A DNA stretch of 63,670 nucleotides, counting the filler, from Choristocarpus tenellus KU-1152 (Eukaryota; Protista; Phaeophyceae), in the NCBI GenBank assembly GCA_964200185.2. It is 9 parts of 9 records of this genome, joined end to end, with 100 filler letters (N's around TTAATTAATTAA, not from the genome) between each part and the next. Parts side by side here need not be neighbours in the genome. Positions count along the whole stretch, not along the records: positions 7,930 to 19,098 come from CAXNAD020002469.1; positions 19,199 to 38,865 come from CAXNAD020000456.1; 7 more parts are not named here. One strand, given 5' to 3'. Position numbers and translations under genes: made by a program. How positions within the stretch are numbered: position 1 is the first letter of the stretch; each line of letters begins with the position of its first letter. Under the pieces are notes generated by a model. It worked only from the letters and a program-made list of their open reading frames with translations, had not been told where the DNA came from and did not search any database. This document shows positions 12,701 through 25,300 of this stretch, piece after piece.

Positions 12701-15162
12701 AAACATTAAGACAAACACCTATAGCTCCATGTTCAAAAATAAGTCTCCCCTCCACAAAGAAGTTTGGGAATTACTTCAAAACATATGGTGGGTTGAAACT
12801 AATAACAAATCATCAAGCAATTGTAGGGGCATCTTGGTCCCTTCAATCCCAGCATTTGATACTGCAGCCAATTAGACTTTTATGGGAAGGCCAGAATCCC
12901 TGCAACTCTGGTGCTTTAGTACCTTTACACAAACCATTTGTAGTGCGTGCTAGTAGTGATCTTACACATGGTTGGAGTAAGGTGGTTGAGTACCGTGATT
13001 GCTAAAATGTCTTTGACCCAAAGTATCTTTGAGGGTAGGTCCGCGTCCATTTGGGGGCCAATATCCAATGTTGCGAAATTGATGTAATTTTGGCTATTCT
13101 GTTTGCTAGGAAGTGTCAATATCCTTATTCCGAATATATCTTTTCATAAAGTATAAATCTTACCTACTCCAAAATATTTTGGATTAGGAAAATGTCATAA
13201 AAAAACCCCATAAGAAGCCAAGCCCCAACTGAACAAACAGGGCAAAACTCGTACCCTCTAAGTTACTTTCACTCTTTTGCATCATGATAGACCTCAACTA
13301 CATATGTGTTTGTCTCTTCCACGTATATTCACCACAGCATATGCAATTTTCCGTACTACACCCACAACTCTCTAGCATAATCAAGACCCTCATCCACTGT
13401 ATCTTTTATTAGATCCTTCCATCTTCTTGAGGCCCGTATATTTTATTTACTAGTGACTCTCATCTACAGCAACTTCAAATCTAAGATAAAGTTCATTTCT
13501 CCCCCTAAATATGTCATATCAGGTGAGCACTCTCTGTACTCTGCACTTGTGGAAAATTCATGCCAGGATATATCTCCCTGCCCTACTCTCCAGCCTAACC
13601 CTTCTAACACAACGCCGCTACTGTTTTCACCCTCCACATCTTACCCACATGCAGACACCCTACAAGTAATGTGCTCCCTCCCATTTCTGGCCAAAAAAAC
13701 TACTTCATCATTGTACTAATGCTTGCGCCCGTACCTCCACCCACCTCACTCTACAACCGCAGATTTGGTGAAGAGGAACGCCAACTCAAATCAAAGAAGC
13801 ATGCCCAGGAACTCGAAGAGGCCAGGATGGTGACTGCAGCCCAAAAAAAGGCGGAGCTGGTTGCCAAGACAGAAGCAGATCGCGCAGATGGGCTTAGAGT
13901 AGAGAGAGAGAGGGCAGAACTGGAGCGAAGGTACATCCTGCCCTGGGGCCCATAGATCCTATGAAACCCATCTCAATTCCCTCTACCTTTCCCTGGTCGG
14001 TGAAGATGTATCACTTCATGAGTGGATATGAAGGTAAGGGTTGGATGACTCTGACTCTACACCACTCAACTCTAAACGCAAGCCATATCCTTATGGAACT
14101 GCAGAACGTGATATGACAGGAATAGCTTGTGGCCTTGATCAAAAGGGATGAAAAAGCCTAATACCTTAGTCTACAGACTGATGAAAGGTGGTATGTCCAC
14201 CCCATACTGATACGCAACAACATAGCCAAATCTTGAGCCTAAACCTTGCTTTCATATGTGAATGAGTGCGATGGAGCGTCATTTTTACACAGCTGAGACG
14301 TTTTCTTCTTGATTTCCAGCTTTTTGCCTGACTGTAAAATACTCCCCAGGGGCACAATGTCTACAAAAGGTTCCGGTGTCCTGCAAGTGGGACCAATACC
14401 TTTTCGTGCAACAGTGCAGTAAATATCTGTCGGGCTCTCGAGATATAAGGAACACCTGACAAACGTCCATGGCCTTAAAGTTTCCACATACTCTCTCCTC
14501 ATTCCTTTTGTTTTCTTGTCGGATGACTGCCGGATGCACTTTGATGACAGGTATGCTCAAGAGCTGGAAGATGAGAAACGAAGCGGAAGGGCAGTACTGG
14601 GGGTGGGGAACGGGATCAAGCAGTACCAGGTACATTCACCATTTTGAGTTGCCTGGGGTGCCAGTCCAGTACCTCTCCAATGTTCTTCATACTCGGTACA
14701 AACAACTCTCTTGCTCTATGCAGTGATGATGCTCCTAAGCTCTCTGAACACCCGCATCCACTTTGATCTAGAATGCTCTGCAGTACATTCAAGTTGGCAC
14801 TTTCTAGGTTCACCATTATTGAAACTTGTGTCCAAAATGAGACTAGTAATTGAATGTTTACTGGATTGAGTTAGACACACCTCAATACTGTCAACACCAC
14901 ACCCAAACAGACAAAGGAGGAAGATCTCGAGCTTGTGGGTGGACCGAATGCAAGGACTGACATGATATCCAGCCATGGTGCACGCAGCTCCACCTTGAAA
15001 GGAGTCAATGGGGGTATTATTGATAACAATGCTGATGCCACTGCTCCGAAGGGGACACCCCCTACCTGGTGAATGATGTGCCAAGTGTCACTTGCATAAG
15101 GCACTATATGCTTTTGGATTAGTTTGTTTTGTTAGGTCTATTAGTTTATTTATTTGTATCTG

Positions 15163-15198
<36 letters not shown>

Positions 15199-18100
15199 AG
15201 TGTGTGTGTGTGTGTTAATTTGTGTATGAGTGTACTTCGAGGAGTATTATACAGGCGCAGGCATGTTTGTGTTATTGTGTGTACACTTGACTTACTATGA
15301 CAATGAAGACCTGGCCACTCAACAGATGAATTAAAAAAATCATATGGGATATCAAGTATGTGTAGGTGACAAACCTTGTAGTGCTGTGGAACTTTAACTC
15401 ATTTATTATCCGTTTGAGTGCCCATACCTCACCCTGCTACTCTGATACTGCACCTTCACATTGTCCTGACCCAAGCAGGAAGCCAACCATAAATGATATT
15501 GCACCTGTAAGTCATAGTAATGCTGATGAGTGCCTTCCACGAGATATTTTTACAACCAACTCAAGAGAAGAACATCAGGATGGTGTGGGGGGAGGAATGT
15601 GTGGGGTCGAACAATTGAGAGGTAGAGAGAACACAGAAAAAGACTCTGTCAGTCGGCTGAGGGGAGAGCTGCAGAGGCAAAGAGAATTGACACAACAGCT
15701 TCAAGAGGAGATCAGTAATCGTGAGAGGGATAGGCAGCAGGTGACAAAGGTCCAACATCTAGACCCCAAGAAAGAAGATGCCCTCTTTTGTTCATCTATC
15801 CTGAGTTAGTCTAGCCACTGCTGAACATCTGTTACAAATATATGTCAGCCGTAGCCCTAATTTCATCATCTGTCCAGTCTAAATCCATGACCAAATTGCC
15901 TTTTCAGGCCAACATAACCAACCCTAGCACATGAGATCAACACCCACCTCCGAGTGCTACATCACAAAACCCCCACTTTTCCCACCAATCCTTCCAACTG
16001 CAGTACCCTCTATGCAAATTACCGCACTTCTTCTTTTCCTGCCATGATTGACCGATAAAAATCAGCGCATCCTCCTCCAGCTAGCATCAACCTGTATCTT
16101 TTCTCCAAATGTCCCCCCACCCCTTTGTATTATCCCACACAATCCTGCCTTGAACTATGCCTGATGGCAGGCAGGTCAGGCGGCAACAGATGCCAGGAAC
16201 AAGAGCGTGAGTTTGTCTCAGGCCAACCGTGCTGAAAACGTCCATAACAGTAGGGCAGCCACTTCAGGAGAACCACCATTGACAGTAGTGGCAGATGGTG
16301 TGGCATGGCAGGGGCGGGGAGGGGGGTTAGTGGGAGATGATGAGACTTCACACCACAACTTCTGGAAAGTGCCTTGGCCAGAGGATGAGCGGAAAAAAAA
16401 CATTCAGCCTCCTCCAATACCTGAAATGGTGAGTGAGACTTACTTCAGCAGAGGACATTTTGTATCTTTACTTTTCCCTTCTCTAGTGCCTTGACATCGA
16501 ATCGTTTCTCTTCACAAATAAGAGGATGGCTATGGATTCTATTCAACTCCAATTCCCAAGTCCAAATCCATTGCCAACTTTGTCTTTTCCAGTTTTAGTG
16601 TCCATCTCACAAAAAAAAGTTACAAAGATTCAACTCATATTTTGAGTCTTGATCCAAACCCCAAGCAGAGTTTAAACCAAATCCTAAACCCCAGGTCGTA
16701 CGAAATGCTGAGGTTGCCTCAGCACTTGGCTGCTATTCAGATGCTCGTCTCCTCCTTGGAGGATTGCATTTGGATAGGGGAAAGGATCCCAAGAGGTTGG
16801 ACAGGGACAGTGCCACCTGGAGTGGACGCAATGCTACTGCTGGTGAGGAAACTAGGCAGTAGGTAGATGGTCAAAGGTAGAAGCTACCCTGGGGTCAGAG
16901 TTCGTTTTGTGAGGAACCTGGTGCATAACTGATAGAAGAGTGCACTTGCAGGACATTTTGTATCTGTACTATGTTTCGAAATTTCGTGCTACTAGATCGT
17001 TTTTTTCCTGCTGTGGAACATCGGAAGCCTCACATCCTTTAAAATATAGGGAACACAACTGTAAGTGCATGGAAATATCTTTGGTGTCGGCAGTATTTCA
17101 AGCAGTAAGGGAGTATTTCAAGTACACCCCATTCTATTGAGTTATCTTTAAAACAATGTCCGTGTTTTGTCGCCACTTTTCCCCTGGAAACATGCGCTGT
17201 ACCTCAGCAGGCATATGTAATTGAAAAAGTCTCAAAGAGTGAGAAGCACACCAACAGTACACACAAAATACTTTGAGGGGTATATCCCTTGGTAATCTAT
17301 ACTCTGGAGAGGGTATTATGGATAACACAACATCAACCAACTATGAGATTTTTGTTGTAGGCAATTACTACAGCACTAGAGCAGTCAAGGGGCTCCACGC
17401 ACTGGAATTTGGAACACATGTCCAGAGTGATACTTACGGTGGTATGTTAAAGTGTGGAATGGAACATTGTTGCCATTGTGCAATCGTCCTGAACACCCCA
17501 GCTCGCTGTGATTGCTGTGTACAAGGAGATGAGGTGAATGCTCGGTTTCATTAGTGTTTTTGGTTTGGACACTCACATGAGGTCATGGTGCTCTGTAGCA
17601 CTGTATTGTGATGTTTATTGCTACAGAAGACTCTACTAACAAGTAAAAGTGAAATCTCGAGCTTCTGAGGTTGGATGGAAATATTCGAGCAGTAGAAACT
17701 TTTGCATATTGCAAGTTTTTCAAAAATGTTGTTTGCTGTCCTTCAGTAACACCTGACAACATCTGCAAAACTTCAAGTGACATGCAATAACAGGAATCAC
17801 TATTGCAAAGGAAAACATTATTGAGATATCAACATGAGAGGGGATGTGTTCACACCACCATCTCTTGTGTGCTTGTGTATGTGTGTGTGTGTGTGCGTGC
17901 CCGTGGGTGGATATACTGCTTGGGATGCTTTCGACCTCAATAACAGCAGTCCTCATCCTGAGTGAACTTCCAAGTGTATTGATGTCTTCTCAGAAGTCCA
18001 TTGTTTCCATATTGCTTGCCGCTGTGTCATGAACAGATGAGTGCGTTTTGTATATGCTGGTTGGGCTGCCATGGCTATGTAATAGAATGGTTTTGTGTAT

Positions 18101-18732
18101 GAAGTCTATATCATCATACACGACCTCGTACGGCTATGAATGCAGAACGAGAAAGAGTAAAGTTGCATACCGTGTATACAATCACATACTATGCTCAAAT
18201 TGAATGTTCCCTGAACTACCAAAAATCACAAAGATATTTTTTTACACTTGTGCCATGCCGTTAACACTTTTTGGTGGTATCTCTCTTCACCTCCATGTCA
18301 CCAACCTGTTTCTTACTCTTACACCAGCTGTGAAGCTCTGGATGAAATATTTATCAAGCAGGCTTTGGCAACCAAATTGTTTCCCCCCCATCTAACACCC
18401 TTCACACACCCCGGCCAAATGCCCACCCCCTCACCTGATCTCAATGTTCTCCTGTAGACTCCATCAATCGTCTACCAGTCACCAGTAGTCGCTTGTGGAG
18501 TGGTGATAGCAATGGAGAGAATCCTGCATCATGGGATATCAATGGCCAAAGCCACCAATATTCCCGTCACCCTCTACCTCATCAATTCGTCCCAGCTTCC
18601 CCTGGGGGATTTCGAGCTGAGAGCAAATTTGTCTTCCCTGACGGTTCTGTTCGCCAAGGCCTGGAGACTAGTCGGTGGGGAGTGCAAGGCGCCTTACTCA
18701 AAACCGTACCTTATAGACACTTGTTCAGATAG
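6761..18732 (+). CDS. Coiled-coil protein, CCDC66/CSPP1-like (centrosome/cilium-associated by inference); 5' end uncertain
   Basis: Phase-consistent exons: 6761-6910, 9496-9564, 9959-10006, 10471-10740, 11884-11975, 13763-13930, 14551-14629, 14911-15068, 15479-15506, 15579-15740, 16171-16428, 16695-16842, 18458-18732 (TAG). Contains LRKQVEEKKARKEEEKIAREEEEQREEARLKKERDEIQERFGEEE, resembling the CCDC66-type coil. Exon 6761-6910 lies across the 7830-7929 linker, so its link to the rest is unproven. Possible first exon 6216-6410. Confidence 0.7.
7830..7929. other. Artificial contig linker (44 N + TTAATTAATTAA + 44 N); also at 19099, 38866, 41502, 44187, 48647, 52633 and 58198
   Basis: The identical 100-bp spacer, with stops in all six frames, occurs eight times. 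Confidence 0.98.
8098..9100. repeat. Tandem repeat, about 170-177 bp unit, about 5.5 copies
   Basis: Unit AACTTTGTTTGAGC...CCCTGAGATCCATGATCCTGAA...GGAAGTTGTAA...GATTATATCCGT recurs near 8100, 8302, 8469, 8642, 8819 and 8991. Confidence 0.95.
9101..9357 (+). mobile_element. MITE family A, full copy
   Basis: GAGTCAAAGTATCTTACAGGGTA...TACCCTCTAAGATACTTTCACTC, flanks TAT/CAT. Confidence 0.9.
13015..13274 (+). mobile_element. MITE family A, full copy
   Basis: Same TIRs and interior as 9101-9357; flanks TTT/TTT. Confidence 0.9.
15165..15215. repeat. (CT)n plus (GT)n compound microsatellite
   Basis: Direct reading. Confidence 0.9.
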
Positions 18733-19198
18733 CTTGGCCGTTGTTTGGAATGTATGGTCATAATGTATGCTGTGAAGTAAACTCTCTCTCTATGCTCCGT
18801 GCTTCAGATGTTTATATGTGCTAGGAAGTAAGTGTACAATAAGTTCACCTTTCCTGATATTCGAGCCCCAGCCCCACGCATCCCCCACTTTTTTATTGTG
18901 TGGGTTCTGTCCTCAAGCCTGTTGTACAGTCTGACAACAAAGAAAGGGCGTTGCCATGCCCTCACCTGATCAGAGCAAGCATCACCTACAAACCTATAGA
19001 GTTGAATTTTTGAGAGGGGAGCTGGTAGAGATATCGCCATTCTTAACCCCCCAACCCTTTGCTTCTTTATCAACTGCAATTAGTTCCTGATAGGGAGANN
19101 NNNNNNNNNNNNNNNNNNNNNNNNNNNNNNNNNNNNNNNNNNTTAATTAATTAANNNNNNNNNNNNNNNNNNNNNNNNNNNNNNNNNNNNNNNNNNNN

Positions 19199-19269
19199 CC
19201 CCATGGGAAGCCAAGCCCCACATATGGACAAACAGGGAAAAATTCGTACCCTCTAAGATAGTTTCACTC
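19199..19269 (+). mobile_element. MITE family A, right end at contig start
   Basis: Matches family A right arm and TIR. Confidence 0.85.
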
Positions 19270-19332
19270 AGCCATGGTTGGAAAGACTAGAAGACGTCTT
19301 GAAATTTCCACATTTGTAGGGTATTGAAGCAC

Positions 19333-22300
19333 CTGTTCATTCCTTGCTGGGTCTGACCACATGCAGTCCGAGGCCACTTGTTGCGACTCGAATGTCTCGC
19401 TTTCATTTGGGGGGCACACACCAGCCACAGGGGGCACGCATAAAATGTCCTGGTGTTGCGATGGATGTCCTTGGTTGAGTGACTTTTTTGGTGGTGTTGA
19501 GGCGCTAAAAAGTTGCTATGATGTTCACATCGACCATACATATGCAGAAACAAGTGAGAGGAAAACGAGAATAATCAAATCAATGATGTCACATGAGTGG
19601 ACAAGGGGAGAAGAATACCTATCAGCTCCCAATTTTTTTTTCTGTAAACAGGAGAATTGTCAACGATTTCTGACAATGTGGTTTTCCTGTTCCCTTCCCT
19701 CTCCACAATTCTTCCAACACAACTGCACTTGTTAAGGAGAAAAGATTCTTAATTGTCGTTCTTGACATCGCCGGTTTGCTTGGTGCTTTGGTGTTAAGTA
19801 ATGAGCTCTTGATGCCAATGAAGACGGCATACTGTGGTGCAATACAGTTTTACAATATGCATGGACATACATGCATTTGATCTTCCAAAAGGTTTTCAAA
19901 ACTCCCCTCGCCTCAATGTGGTACAATAGTAAAATATGAAAAAGTCATGCCAAGGTTAATGTCAACAAGAATGTTGAGGAGTAGGAGGCATTGCTGGAAA
20001 TGCAACACTTGCATGAATAGAATGGCCTAGATTTCGTGTAGAGCCAAAATCATAGGATACTTTTACCATGCAACTTGTCTTATACCCTCAATGTTGGCAT
20101 CACTCTCAAAAGAAGAGGGAAAACTTCTTCTCTGGTGTAGATAGAGGTAAAGTCAAGCATGATATCACATTTTGGTGTGCACTGATTTGCCAAACTCCTA
20201 GTTTGAGGGTAAGACTGCTTCAAACAATAAGTCTTGTTTCTGCCGCAATGCTTGACTCCACAAGGGTGACTTCACCAAAGATTTTGAACCAGGGTAAGCT
20301 TAGGGTTAGGGGTAGTGACTTTCTCAATCCTTGAAGTGAAGCCTGGCTATGGTTCAGTTCTCTTGAGGGGTGGTTCCATTTCCCAGGCATTTAATGGGTA
20401 TTTAATTGTGCCTTTCCAGACCTTCAAGGGCAAAACAATTACTTGCCCCCTCTCCCTAAAGTTATATCGTGCCTCCTGCCATCTTTTCCAGCTTTTTCTA
20501 ATGTGCTTCTAAGTTGAGCCAGCATTTGTCCCCTGCTGGCCCAGTGACATAGTTACACCATTGGGAGCAACAATGCAACATTGTTCCCAACCTGCATCCG
20601 TGAGGTAGAGCCAGAAAGGGGTCGCGGAATGCCACCGTGAACGCAGAAGATGTCATGGTCGATCACTGCTGCCAGGGGGAGTCGATCAAAAACTTGATTG
20701 CACGACTCCCACACGTCCTGCCCCAGCTCCTCACCAAATCGACTCTGAATTCGGAGGCGCAAGAAGGAACATGACAATTTCGGTTCAGAATTTAGGATTG
20801 GGGCTTGGGTGGATATGGGTTTGGATTGACAGTCCATACAGGAAAAGGTAAACTATTGCTGAGGTGAGGGGTTTGTGTTGATGACTTTTATGTACACTAC
20901 TTGTGCAGTGGTTGTGGCTATGTGGGTATTGAAGTGACATCATATGTGTGGCCCTAGAGCAGTGGATGCCAGTGTGAATGGCACAAGATGAGAGTAACCT
21001 ATTAAGCAAAAGAAATACTATGGGAGGTATGGTTTATTGAAGAGACTGTCCGTATTTTGAGAGTCAACTGTGGATGGGGAATGTTGTCATGACACACTCA
21101 TATATTCCACAACAAGGAAAATATTAAGCACAACACTCCTCGCATACCTTTGGCAATCCATCCCCTATGTACTACTCACTTGCGTGGACATCTTTGCATC
21201 CTCAAAAAAAAAACTATTTGAGAGTTCAGATGGTACAGTTCATGAGCAGCAAGACCTATTAAACCTCATAGCGCAAAAGAGAGTAAGGTGAACAATGCGT
21301 TGGTTGTGGTTAATGGTTGACTTTACCCCTTCCTCCTCCATCTATCCTTGTGGTACATCTTGGATGAATACTGTGATCACCAAATAGGCTTTACCTGCAC
21401 TTGACCGATAACGACAAATAGCAAGCCCCAGAATTTCGAGGCCAACGTTCACCCCCACCCCCCTTGCTGATCCACATATACCTTTGGGCCTTTACGATCA
21501 AACTACATCAAGCTACTGCTTCGTATCAAACAAAATGGGATGAACATTATCGCCATCCCAGTCAAGGACTGCTGGTAAATACTGCTCAAACATTGCTTTC
21601 TTGATACCATGAGTTCCAAGGTCTACAATTCTAAAAAAATAATTAAGTGTATTACACAGCACAGCTGAATACAGGGTGAGAAAGATACAGCCTTGGGCAC
21701 AAACATATCTGACACTCCTACTACCGTGGAAATGTAGACTTATTTCCTACATAAATCTCACAACACTTCAGTACTTTCTTTCTTGGCAATCCCACCTGTT
21801 GAAATCACGGCATCCCTCTTCCCAAACACACATGAAGACAATGAATCAATATGACATGTTTGCCATGTGACCTTCTCTCGCCCCCTCGATGTTAGTAAAA
21901 GATTGGAACCAAGTCAAAAGGGGATTACTTGGTGCTTTTGCTTCACCTGGCATTGCCAAAGGAATGACCTCTCGCCGTAGTGCTCCACCCAGCCGTTGAC
22001 ATCCCTGAGCTCATGATTTCCCCTCAGCATGAATATCTTTTTGGGGTTCTCCATTTTCTGGGCAAACAGATATGATAAGCACTCCAGCCCCTGCATTCCC
22101 CGGTCCACATAGTCCCCAAGGAAGAGGAACTTCCCTGCTGTGACATTCATGCCAAGTTTCCACATGTTGTCTGCGAAGAAGTGGAGATCCTAAGGAGAAG
22201 GTAACGGAACGGTCTTCTTTTCACCCACTTTTGATATGCCATCTCATGCCAAACACATATTGCTACCGTTTGTTAAGATTAACTATTTAAGAGAAGGAGA

Positions 22301-25300
22301 AATTGATATGAAAACAAGTAATCTGAACTGATGGAGTAGGAAATGCATGCCAGCATTTACTGTCAGAGTAGAACTAAAGCATTTGGTGTACAAGGCATGA
22401 AACGTCAAGAGAGCACAGGTATTTGGTGCATTCTGTTCATGGCAGATACAAAATAATAAGTATATCTGTATGTCACCCTGTGGGACTGGCCCTTCTGGCC
22501 TTATCGTTCATTCATGTTTTGGGTCACTGAAGAATTGAAGTAGTATTGAAGTGTTTTGAGCTCACTCAGGCCCATTATTTCTTCAATTTTTCGCACAGAC
22601 TGACAAGCATGTATCCACCTCTGCATTCACGTTCTTCTCCTGCTCATAGTCATTATTTTCTACATCCTACTAATTCTGTGAAACTGGGGAGATGCCATCC
22701 TCAGTCTTACGGGGAGTAAGGGGATTGTCAATAGTCCTTGCCAACACCTCATTCTTGACCACTCCCTCATGGCTTTGTGTGCATGGATTACAAGTTCATC
22801 ACAAGGTGAAGGCAACTACTCGCCCTCTTTCCCTTCCTATTTTGGATCCCCAAACCAGCCTAGTCTGATCTGCTGCCTAACTTTGTGCAAAGCACACTTC
22901 CTCTCATAGTGGATGCTGGCCAGTGCTTTCCATGCGATAAATAGACTGGGACGAAGGTATACATGGGGGATTAGGAATCAATTAAAATCCCTTACACTCT
23001 GCCAAACTCTCTCCTCCAGTTTCTCAAGGAACACACCTTTGAATGTATGCCCTAGTGACTGTAGCTACCTCCCCAAACCCATACCATCCTTTGAACACAC
23101 TGATGGAAAAGATCCTTTGGAGGGGACCTCAAAGTTTTAAGTCACTTGAGCACGCTGAACAGCAACTGTTTGCACAAGATACTTCTGTGAGAGGGTTGAT
23201 AATGTAAGTCTTCGTATTAGACTCAGGCTCATTGTCCTCCTTATCATAACCATTGTGGTACAAGACATTGTCAAGCACCAGTATCATCTTGTTACCAAGG
23301 AGCAACATGTTCATTGCAAGCAAGAGGGGCAAAGGTTAGCTAATATATAAATATTTAGTCGTCTACCGAGGTATGGTAACTCTCTTTGGCAGTTTTGACA
23401 GGCCACAATCACTCAGCAGCAAACTCCTCAACAAGAATATTGTTACCCTTCTTCTTACAGTATCATCCCCAAATCCCTTAATATTGGAAAGTTGTTTTCA
23501 TCGACCGTTGCGAGTTAATAACACCTAGAGATAGCATTGGCAATTATTTTCCTCAAGCCCTCCCGCGATGTACGCCCTATATCATTATCGATATCCCCCT
23601 TCTCACCTACTTTGTTATGTAGGAATATCCTGAACCATGCGATTGGTGAAAAAATTTAACATAATTAATTGCATTTCCCTGCGCCTCCTTTTCAAGGGCA
23701 GCGAAATACTCAATCTGAAAGTGACGAATGCGAGCCTTCATCTGCTTGGTTAGGGCGGGTATCCTGATCCTACGAACCATCTTCTGTGGCTTCAATATCT
23801 TGGCAAGGCGTTGTCAAACAGTTTGACCTCAACAGGTGCACTTCACAAAGTCCAAAAAGGTCTGTCAAATTACCTCTTGCCCTGAGATATTCTGGTCAGA
23901 CTTGGGCTTTGTGTGTGTTTTGTCATTGTCTGAATTTGCCTCCCCCCTCCCCTCATCGGGACCCGTTACCACGTTCTCGTCTTCCCCCCACTCCTTGATG
24001 AGGTTGCCAGCATTCGATTGTCCAACGGACAAGAGCTTGGTGACGAGGGCGACAACTTGGAAGAAGCTGCAGCCGCACAATACAAAAAAGGCTCGGAATA
24101 GGACGAGTAATAGGCCTCCTCCATGTGGGTCAACACTGCACCCTTTTTCAGTTGGAGGCTGGAGGCGATCAAGGGAGTCCCTGGATTCTTCCTCCCTAAA
24201 CTCCCTCTCTTCTTCCTTGTCAGTCGTGTTCAGCTTCAACCCCTTCATACAGGAGCATGTCCCAGCTTCGTCTTGGCTTGGTTGCCACCCTTCCTCCTCC
24301 TTATCTACAAATTCACTCCCTTCAACCACTCTCTTCGCTTTTTTTGGTATGGCTAAATATGAATAGGGTACAGTAAGGGTCCCACTTTAGTGCAGTGTAG
24401 TGACAAGAAGTATTTACCGCACTATTGCGGGACCCCGCACTATTCGTTAATGTTCCTGATAGTGTACTCACCGCACTATTCGAGGAAATCATCTACATAC
24501 GCGCGTATTTCAGAGTAATGACACACCATAAACACATACCTGGTATGACAGTATCGCCTACCGCATAAAAACAACGTGTGCGGCCACATGGATAATATGG
24601 AGTGTGATGAGAGGACGGTCGCGGCTGCTTTTTTCGGGTACTGTACTGCTGTATGAAGCTGTAACTGTTGTTATTGTGGCAGTGCATTCCGTACCATGCA
24701 TATTGTGTCATATCGCATAGACAGCGGTACTGGGCAATGTACAGCAGTACTGTACAGTACGTATTATATCCAGATAGGGAATAACAGCAGTATGGTCCTG
24801 CTGTAGTGTTGTTGTATCTCACGCATATCATTGCAATAGACAATACGTTTCAGAGTAAGGCTCATGCTCAGGGCCCTGATGACGATCCATTCCTACTGTA
24901 CTCGTATCATCGCACACCGCACTCCAAATCCACCACATGTCAGAGCGCAGAGCAGGAGGACTGACTGCCTGTGCCCGAGCCTACTCGTCGCTTCTACACC
25001 AAACCGTGACCGAACAGGACCACCAGCGATACACCTGAAAATCAAGACAAATTAAAGCTGGAATTAAGACACTGAACCACTACCACCCCACTCTCCACTA
25101 CATATCCCTCTCTGGTAGGCTCGCAAAGGCTCTAATGTCTGTCTGTTTTACAGGCTTAGAGGTATACACGTTGATCATTGCCATCCTGGCCTTCTGTAGG
25201 TGGAAAGCGGCCTCTTGAATGCCACATTTCTCGGTGATGGCCTCCAAGTGACGGAAGTGGGAAGAAAGATCCGAATAAGGCGGAGGCACCTCAACTTCGT

